Source: Nemertoderma westbladi
Lineage: Eukaryota; Animalia; Xenacoelomorpha
Assembly: GCA_032718475.1 (NCBI GenBank)
Contig: JAUCBJ010002541.1
Location: 1-42,943 of the forward strand
DNA length: 42,943 nucleotides
Direction of reading: 5' to 3'
Shown one piece after another: positions 1 through 7,327 of this stretch; the stretch's first letter is position 1; every line of letters begins with the position of its first letter. Under the pieces are notes generated by a model. It did no database searches and was not told the origin of the DNA. It was given only the letters and a program-made list of their open reading frames with translations. The translations under genes were made by a program, and so were the position numbers.

Positions 1-819
1 AGACATTATCCTCATCCGAATCCGAGTCGAACATTGCTACATACAACACAGTAAAATAGTATACTAAGATTTACGAACTGAAACTAAATATTTACCTACA
101 GTATGTTGTTTAGATATCAAATTATTACAGTATTTTATAGTACAGTATTGTCAGACCAAGGCATACATTTGTAAAGGCCATGAAGTCTTGTACACTGAAG
201 GCCGGTATGTATGAAATTTATAAAAAAATTATTAGGACTTCATAGTATTGTTATACATAGCATAGAATTGCGCATCGTCGTCTAACGAGTCGGTGAGTAA
301 TCATACCCGGTACATTGTAGATACTATATGAGCAGTAGAACACAATCATGTTAAAATAATGTAAAAATATGTGTTCTAGAATGATAGTTATTGGTTTGTT
401 CGCTTTTTCGCTATTTTTAAAATTATAATAATTTACTGTACATAATTATAATTATTTACCGTACAGTATACCGGTAGTATAGTGTAAGATATCAATCAAC
501 TAAGCATATAACCGACTGGTAGCAAGCTTATCAGTCTCAACGCGACTGATAAGAATTGGATATTTTTTACCAGGTAAAGTTCCACCAGTCCCATGAACTG
601 GTAGTCTTTGTGCAACAGTCACTGATAATACCAGCGAATTTACTGGTAAAATTGCTGGTTTTACCAGTGGTGGATACCAGTGATTGCTGATGACTTTATT
701 GCAACAAGTTTAGCTGGTAACTGGTAGCTGGTGGAACTGGTAGCTGGTAACCAGTGCTTGTTGCAACAGGGCCCAGGGGCCCAAATGCCCCCAATCACAA
801 TCAGTTCTGGCTGATCGAC

Positions 820-1094
820 TGCTACTATAATTGGCCTGCTGCATTGAAACTGCATATTGAGATGCTATGCCAGCTTAACAAAAATATTTTGTATTTAGTA
901 TGCAGTCAACAATTGGCAAGCCCAATGCAGCATGCATTAAGAATGATATGCAGGCTTATCATCAAAGTTGTACCACCACAACTCCCTATCCCTCAAAACT
1001 TTCGCGAGATTATCCGCATCTTCAAGACCAGTGTCCTTTTGGAGGCATCTCACGAAAGTCATGGGCTGTCCACCATTATTTCCTCTATGGACCT
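820..1094 (-). mobile_element. Old, diverged 3' fragment of an RTE-like LINE (left half, split by the LTR element)
   Basis: Reverse complement aligns by eye with the 3' end of the RTE copy at about 37730-37927 (e.g. ccgcatcttcaagaccagtgtcc, aaagtcatgggctgtccacca); the match resumes after 12991. Confidence 0.8.
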
Positions 1095-2819
1095 TGTTGC
1101 CATTATCCCAACACCAGGGGGGAAAAACGCCGATGCTGGAGACGTGACTTTACAGACCACCGAGCCCCGGCCAGTCACCGGATATTGATTGTGGAGAAGG
1201 AATGTTTTCTGAGATGCAAGTTTGCGGTTGATAAAAAGCTGCATTAGTTGGATATACTCTTTAATGTAACTTCCTATAGTTGAAACCTGTTCAACATCAT
1301 TGAAACCTGAAACCTGATTAAGAATAATTTTGGGCTTCCCCAAATCAATATACACCAAATATTCACAATAATTATACACGATAATATAAATCCCTACGGT
1401 ATATTATTTAATTACCCACTGTTCGCTTCAGATTTTAGCCTACCTAATGTTCCCCAGATTTTCCCTCGGTCCTAGTCTTAGTGCCGTAGTGTCGGTGTCG
1501 GTCGACCCTGTCGCGTGTCCATTCCACCCCTCACGAACCCCGAAGGGTTCGATCATTGAGAACCAGAACGGCTTGGCTAGGGGTCCGTCGGTTCATCGCA
1601 GAAACCCAACCACCTAGGCTTTCCGAGTCCCTTTCAGGCTCGTAGTCGCTTCGGCAGCCGAGAAACTGCTCCGAACAGTCGGTAGGCCAGTAGAGTCTAG
1701 TCCTTTGTCTTTCGACCCCGTCGCGTGTCCGTTCCACCCCTCACGAACCCCGAAGGGAACGATCATCGAGAACCAGTACGGCTTGGCTAAGGGGTCTGTC
1801 GTCGGTTCCCGTCGCAGATCCCGGTACAAGCAGTCAGCGTTCCGAGTTCTTTTCAGTCTCGTAATAGCTGCCGTTGACCAGAGACCGCTAAGGGCAGTCC
1901 TCGTCAAACCCATCCTGTGGCCAGCCCTTTCGCATGTCCGTCCCACCCCTCGCGAACCCCGAAGGGATCGGTCATCGAGAACCAGTACGGCTTAGCTCAG
2001 GGGGCAGTCGTTAGTTGGCCACCCGTTCGCGTGTCCGCTCCACCCCTCACGAACCCCGAAGGGTTCGATCATCGAGAACCAGAATGGCTTGGCTACTAAG
2101 GGGCCGTCGTTTCCCGTCGCAAATCCCTGACACAAGCAGTCAGCGTTCCGAGTTCTTTTCAGTCTCGTAATAACTGCCGTTGACCAGAGACCGCTAAGGG
2201 CAGTCCTCGTCAAACCCGTCCTGTGGCCAGTCCTTTCGCATGTCCGTCCCACCCCTCGCGAACCCCGAAGGGATCGGTCATCGAGAACCAGTACGGCTTA
2301 GCTCAGGGGGCAGTCGTTAGTTGGCCACCCGTTCGCGTGTCCGCTCCACCCCTCACGAACCCCGAAGGGTTCGATCATCGAGAACCAGAACGGCTTGGCT
2401 ACTAAGGGGCCGTCGTTTCCCGTCGCAGATCCCTGACACAAGCAGTCAGCGTTCCGAGTTCTTTTCAGTCTCGTAATAACTGCTGTTGGCCAGGGACCGC
2501 TAAGGGCAGTCCTTGTCCTTTAGGCCTGGCGCATTACCAAATCCACCCCTACAGGCAGCAGGAAGTTGGCCAGGGCCTAATAGTACTCAGGCTAACCTGA
2601 ATACTGCTTGCATTTTCCATCCCCCCCTGGCCCTTATAACTATGAAATTATTCCCGTACCCTGTAAGTTCCCCCAAAGTTCGCCCATAAATCGCCCCCAG
2701 TTTATTGAATGTGCCCAAAACCCATGGTCCCGCACCCAGTAGTAATATCGGAATAATCAATTTTAATAAAATACAAAAATATTCAACTCGCGTTATGGAA
2801 AGTTGAAATACCGCGAACA
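1095..2819 (-). repeat. 3' LTR (1725 bp)
   Basis: Starts tgttgcc and ends ccgcgaaca; matches 11264..12986 except about 10 substitutions and one 2-bp indel; preceded on the minus strand by the PPT. Confidence 0.96.
1503..2520 (-). ncRNA. Tandem array of structured RNA motifs in LTR U3: 6 K-turn/UUCG hairpins and 4 loop-E/GAAA hairpins, partly in a 306-bp higher-order repeat
   Basis: Motif B cores at about 1524, 1734, 1943, 2040, 2249 and 2346 read on the minus strand UUCUC-GAU-GA-Y-CGAACCC-UUCG-GGGUUCG-Y-GA-GGGG. Motif A at 1621, 1837, 2143 and 2449 reads UA-CGAG-nCU-GAAA-nGnA-CUCG-GAA, mostly inside long stems. The repeat is seen directly; RNA function is inferred from tetraloops and covariation. 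Confidence 0.7.
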
Positions 2820-2828
2820 GTCCCCCCC
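2820..2828 (-). other. Polypurine tract (PPT)
   Basis: Minus strand reads GGGGGGGAC directly before the TGTT start of the 3' LTR. Confidence 0.8.
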
Positions 2829-3211
2829 AATGACCTTCGTGAAGTCTGTCGGTCGATTGAGTTTGCGTAGGTCATTCCCAATATAAAAAACCCAAATTTA
2901 ATATTGCATAGTTTTAATTAATTTGGCCTAGAGTTTGTATAAAAATAAATGTTCGATAAATGTTCCTGGAATATCCCGATCCACTATTTCTTTCTCTGAT
3001 ACGCCTTTCGTCTCTTCGCCCGTCGACTCTCATCGATCGCTATAGCTGGTAGAGGAGCGTCCACATCCATCGTGAGTAGCGCTTCGGCTTGTCTCCTGGC
3101 GGCTCTTCCTTTCGATGGCATAGGGATCATGTCGGTTCGTCTTTCCAACTCAGACTTGCGTGCCTCTAGGAACCACTCTCCGTCACCGAACTCCTCTTTA
3201 TACGAGTATAA

Positions 3212-5584
3212 TCATCTAATGACTTCAAATGGACCGAATAATCCGGCGCTCAGTAGCAGATCCACGTAATGGAAAGGTAGCGTGGCCGACGTGTGGAGGC
3301 GTTCCGGGAAGGAGAAATACCCGCACGCCATCTCCTGCGCGATATTCCGAGCGTTTCTCCGAACCTTGGTCTTTAAGTGGCTGTTTGCGTATGTTTCAAA
3401 CATGACCATATTTCCCATAGTGGTTACGTCCTTGGTTGGACATTTGATATAGCAGCGGGGGCTAGAGGAATGTCCACGGAAACCGCACGTGGTGCAGAGG
3501 TTATAAAGGATCGGACAGACGGAAACGTCGTGGCCCGATGTCGCGCAGTATGGGCAATAGAGTATCCCGAGGAGCTGGAGGCATGAATCGGTAACCCGAT
3601 TCCTTCTGCCGCGTGGGCACTGCTCCGAACCACAGTCGCCGCATACCTCCAACTGCATCTCTCGACCAGGAAATATTGGAATCGGGACGCCGATGTGATA
3701 CTCGAGTCGTCGGTCGCTCTTCGGAATATTCGCGGTGGTCGGTAGCCCGCGGAATGCTAGGCTTTTGCGTAGTAGGTTCTCGCTCCGATAACCTTCTTTG
3801 TGTCCCGCTGGTCTCAATTCGGACGACCATTTCTGGCGGTGGATCCATTCAGTTTGCTCGGCGTACCAACGGGTTAGTCGCATAGGGTCCTGAGGAACGG
3901 CGGGTGTAGTAGCCACCGCTGGTCGGCGAAGGGGTGCCGGGGTTTTAGACGGAGGGATACCGAGGAGATCGTCGGGTGTCGGCGCATCGCTGGGGCCCTC
4001 CTCGACCAGTATCGCTGAGCGGGTCCGTTGGTGGCTGGTACTCGGAATCTCCGACGACCAATCTTCGCCACCCGGGAAAGGATACGGGGATAACCGTTGG
4101 CATATGTCGCCGAAGTCGCTCAATGCAGCTGTAGTGGCTACCTCCCTCGCGGGGCTACCGGAGCCGCGTGGGGTGTAAACGCCTGCTCTCTTCATCGGTT
4201 CGGCCGAGGCAACCCGTTTGGCGGCCGGTCCATACGCGGCCTCCGGCTCGAGTTGTCGCTTTGGGGTGGAGAGTAGAACACCCTCGTTTAGCCATATCTC
4301 TTCCCCTTCCGAAGAGATCAGAGGCTCCTCCGCACCGAGAAGTTCGGTAATTGTAGGGATGTCGTAAGGCCCGCTCTCGTCCCAGGAATCGATAACGGCG
4401 AGCGTTTTAGTCTCTCCCGGTGCGATGTTCTCGACCGCTTTGAACGCGTGGTGTATGACCTCGTTCCAGTCGTAGTCGACAAAGGAAAGCGGGATCGCCG
4501 TAATAAGGTTATCGAGAGTTTTACAGATAAACTTAGCGACGGTGTAGCATTCCATAACGACGTAAACGTAGTTCCGTCGATCGGGATTCTCCCACCTTTG
4601 GTGTATCGTCCATTTCCGATCAACGTCCTTCCATCGACCCTCTCGCTCGCTCTTTATTTCTAATCCCGGGTATCCACCATATATTTTATTATAGTCCCGG
4701 AATTTCTGGGGTTTGAAGTCGATACCGCCGTTTAGCACAGCGAGGTAGCCGATCCCGGATTTCGTCGGTCTCACCTCTTGGAATCCTCGCATGAACTCGG
4801 CGAATCGTAACCAGGCTAGTAGCGTTTGAGTGTCGATGCAATGGCTAAGGGCGTTGAGGTCGTCTCGTCGGTTTCTTCCTGCAGGGGCGTTCGCGTAGTC
4901 GTTCCGGACGTCCGCCTTGATATCTGACCCGATTTTAATGACGTCGAAGTCGAAGAGGATCTTTTGGATTTCCGGAGGCAGCAACCAGATCGCTCCGGCT
5001 GCCTGCACTTCCTGTCTGGGTGTCGGGAATATTCGGCACACCAGTACCAAACCGTCCAGGGTTCCGAGGACGACGACTAAGGATCGACCGTATTCTTTCT
5101 CCCCGTACTTTTCCTGGTAGTCGTCTCGGTTCTGGATAATCGATACGCGTTCCTCTCGAAGCGTCGCCGTACACTCCGACAGGTTTCCCCAGTGGGCGAG
5201 GTACGTACTCTTGTCGTCGACGAAACTTTGACATCTCGCCAACGTAATCGCTTTCGAGGTGGGCATCGCGTTTCCCTCGTTGTCGTAGATCAAACATCGG
5301 GATCTGTAGACGCTCTGCCGGAACGTTTCCCAAAACGACGAATCGTCCCCTCCGGTTGCCTTTGCGTTCCGAGTTCTTTTCAGTCTCGTACTAGCATCGG
5401 CTAACCGGAGGGCTCGTAGATTCTTAGAATCCGGTCCCTCTCGCCCGGTGAATTTAATGACTCGCACGTTCTCATTTAGCAGGGTGCTCCAATTTGTATC
5501 AAAGTCAGGGGATCCGGGTTGCGAATATTCCAGTAGATCTATCGTGCTACGTAATTCGCCGATAATTTGGCGATTTGGGTCCAT
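3212..5584 (-). CDS. 790-aa accessory ORF: N-terminal DEDDy (WRN/EXD/Mut-7/Egalitarian-like) 3'-5' exonuclease-fold domain, Pro-rich linker, C-terminal Cys/His Zn-knuckle cluster
   Basis: Uninterrupted ORF, same sense as gag. Exo I-like LIYD101NE103G; LPPEIQKILFDFDVIKIGSDIKAD225 (WRN-type LPxxLxxLLxxxxIxKVGxxIxxD); CIDTQ; SGIGYLA; Exo III-like W..P....Y341VVME345CY. C-terminal CGDC, CPYCATSGHDVSVC, CTTCGFRGHSSSPRC. The ORF is near certain; the domain call is by eye. Confidence 0.75.
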   Translation of the reverse strand: MDPNRQIIGELRSTIDLLEYSQPGSPDFDTNWSTLLNENVRVIKFTGREGPDSKNLRALRLADASTRLKRTRNAKATGGDDSSFWETFRQSVYRSRCLIYDNEGNAMPTSKAITLARCQSFVDDKSTYLAHWGNLSECTATLREERVSIIQNRDDYQEKYGEKEYGRSLVVVLGTLDGLVLVCRIFPTPRQEVQAAGAIWLLPPEIQKILFDFDVIKIGSDIKADVRNDYANAPAGRNRRDDLNALSHCIDTQTLLAWLRFAEFMRGFQEVRPTKSGIGYLAVLNGGIDFKPQKFRDYNKIYGGYPGLEIKSEREGRWKDVDRKWTIHQRWENPDRRNYVYVVMECYTVAKFICKTLDNLITAIPLSFVDYDWNEVIHHAFKAVENIAPGETKTLAVIDSWDESGPYDIPTITELLGAEEPLISSEGEEIWLNEGVLLSTPKRQLEPEAAYGPAAKRVASAEPMKRAGVYTPRGSGSPAREVATTAALSDFGDICQRLSPYPFPGGEDWSSEIPSTSHQRTRSAILVEEGPSDAPTPDDLLGIPPSKTPAPLRRPAVATTPAVPQDPMRLTRWYAEQTEWIHRQKWSSELRPAGHKEGYRSENLLRKSLAFRGLPTTANIPKSDRRLEYHIGVPIPIFPGREMQLEVCGDCGSEQCPRGRRNRVTDSCLQLLGILYCPYCATSGHDVSVCPILYNLCTTCGFRGHSSSPRCYIKCPTKDVTTMGNMVMFETYANSHLKTKVRRNARNIAQEMACGYFSFPERLHTSATLPFHYVDLLLSAGLFGPFEVIR

Positions 5585-6154
5585 ATTTACGATTATATCC
5601 GTTACAAATTAGATCAGTTAATTATAAGTCCAGAAAGTCTGAAACTATAGCGATAGCAGAATAATTCAGTTTTTTTTATTTAATTCAGTTTATTAAATAA
5701 TATTGCTATATAGACATCTATCATCTTATTGCTAATACTTTCAGCATTTACAGTTACTATAGCTATACATTAATATCCAACCAGTTTTTTATGACTTTTT
5801 TGTCCTTTTCTTTTTTCCAATTCTTTTCTTTAGACTTTTTTTTACCTTTTTTTTTGTCTTTTTTCATTTCATTATTATTTCATCTCATTTCATTTATTTC
5901 CACATATATTTCAACACATTTAGTTCCACCATTTATTTCATATTTATTTATTTCCACATCATCATTGGGTTTATAGCCCCCCGGCTATCATCATTTGTTA
6001 TAAGCGCAGCACCAGGGTGCGCATCATTATATTTTCATCAGCATACGCGTCATCATTCAGGTTTATAGTAGAGTTGTCTGATCCTTTTCATCGTTTCCAA
6101 CTATATTCAATCATTTTCTTTGGTTAATCTTTGTCGTGGAAGGGGTGTTACTCG

Positions 6155-6556
6155 GCAATCTGGGATCTACAGCTGGACTCGTTACACCGCCTACGCCCCA
6201 AACTGCGCACGTAACGTACAATGAAGACGCTGGGAGTGAAGTCACGTGGATGCACCATGGACCCACCAGAATAACACTCCCAACAACATAAAGCTCAGTC
6301 GACGAAGTCATGTGGGATGGGATTACGCAACATTCTGGGATCTACAGCTGGACTCGTTACACCGCCTACGCCCCAAAATCCACGCAACGGTCCCACCAGA
6401 ATAACGCGACTGAGACACAAAACCCTCTATCGTCGAAGTCATGTGGATGCACCATGGACCCACCAGAATAACGGGATAGAAGGGGAGTTGCGCGGCAATC
6501 CGGGATCTACAGCTGGACTCGTTACACCGCCTATGCCCCGAACTGCGCACGCAACG
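6155..6556 (-). repeat. Intergenic repeats: three copies of a ~60-nt pseudoknot-forming unit and two to three copies of a 38-nt bulged hairpin
   Basis: gggatctacagctggactcgttacaccgccta(c/t)gcccc lies within 6155-6216, 6332-6389 and 6495-6556; gaagtca(c/t)gtggatgcaccatggacccaccagaataac at 6238-6275 and 6435-6472, with a split copy at about 6304-6405. Confidence 0.85.
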
Positions 6557-6834
6557 GACAACATAACATACTGCAATGAATACAATGAATTCCACTTCAA
6601 ATCTTTTCCATTTCCAATAATCCAATATCGTAGGTCCTGATGACCAAAATCAGGGTAAACAAAACATAAACGACCCTGCATCAGTCGAAACATCTGCAGG
6701 GTGACGCTGGACTCCACATAACACACGAGGAAACACAAATACCATGGCGTGGTTACAGTTGGTTTAAGGGGGGTCCATAATTCGTTGTCGATAAATCACA
6801 GTTAAAAAGAGTTTGTCAACATGATGAGAAGGGT

Positions 6835-7310
6835 TTAAACGTATTTGTAATTGTCACCAATGTCCGCAGCAGGATCTTGAGTAGGGAACTTATCACCTCT
6901 CGTAGAGTCACCGCTATCATTGCCTTCAAGAAGGCACAGCCTCTGGATAGGGCGTTGGTAGTGGCCCGATTTCGTTCGTATCGTCACAGTCCTCGCAAGT
7001 CCGTCTTTGCTTGGGTGTATGGTCACGACCCGCGCCACAGGCCAGTGAACGCGGTCTTTGAGATCTTCTTTAACTAGTACCATGTCGCCAACTGCGACGT
7101 TCCGGTAGGTGTTGTTCCATTTCCTACTGGTCCGGAGGGTTATGAGGTACTCCTGGGCCCAGATTCTCCACCAATGCGCTGCCAACGCTTGGGCCTTCTT
7201 CCAGTTTGTATGTCTCGCGATCTCGTTGGGATCCGGGAACATGGTCTCCGGGAGAACGTGGGTTTTGGGTCTCCCCAGTAGGTGGTTAGGAGTGAGGGAC
7301 TCAACTGAGG
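6835..7310 (-). pseudogene. Bel/Pao integrase C-terminal remnant (DUF5641-like)
   Basis: LTPNHLLGRP...WKKAQALAAHWWRIWAQEYL...VGDMVLVKE...WPVARV...SKDGLARTVTIRT....YQRPIQRLCLLE; no DDE core upstream; out of frame with gag-PR. Confidence 0.9.
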
Positions 7311-7327
7311 CGTTCGCCATCCGGGTA

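Noticed and set aside
480-780. Cluster of ctggta/taccag words ending in ttgttgcaacaggg
   Set aside because: Possibly the end of a MITE, but no partner terminus or TSD is visible in the window.
1531-2405. Short ORFs in both LTRs (60-110 aa)
   Set aside because: By-products of GC-rich repeats on both strands, with no domain features.
1503-2520. CRISPR-like array with self-targeting spacers
   Set aside because: Eukaryotic LTR context and no cas genes. The inter-repeat segments are themselves repeated. The matches to the ORFs are in the same sense as the mRNA and form a conserved hairpin apex, which fits a shared structural motif better than guides.
1503-2520. Hammerhead, twister, hairpin or HDV ribozymes (retrozyme-like), or SECIS elements
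   Set aside because: No CUGANGA...GAAA core, no twister pseudoknots, no hairpin-ribozyme loop A; the AUGA/GA core lacks the apical AA loop of SECIS. An unknown ribozyme is not excluded.
3212-5584. env gene
   Set aside because: No signal peptide, transmembrane segment or fusion-protein cysteine pattern visible.
6155-6556. HDV-like ribozyme or SRP Alu domain
   Set aside because: The strand order resembles HDV, but the P3/L3 and P1.1 consensus is missing; the Alu resemblance is limited to a few short words.
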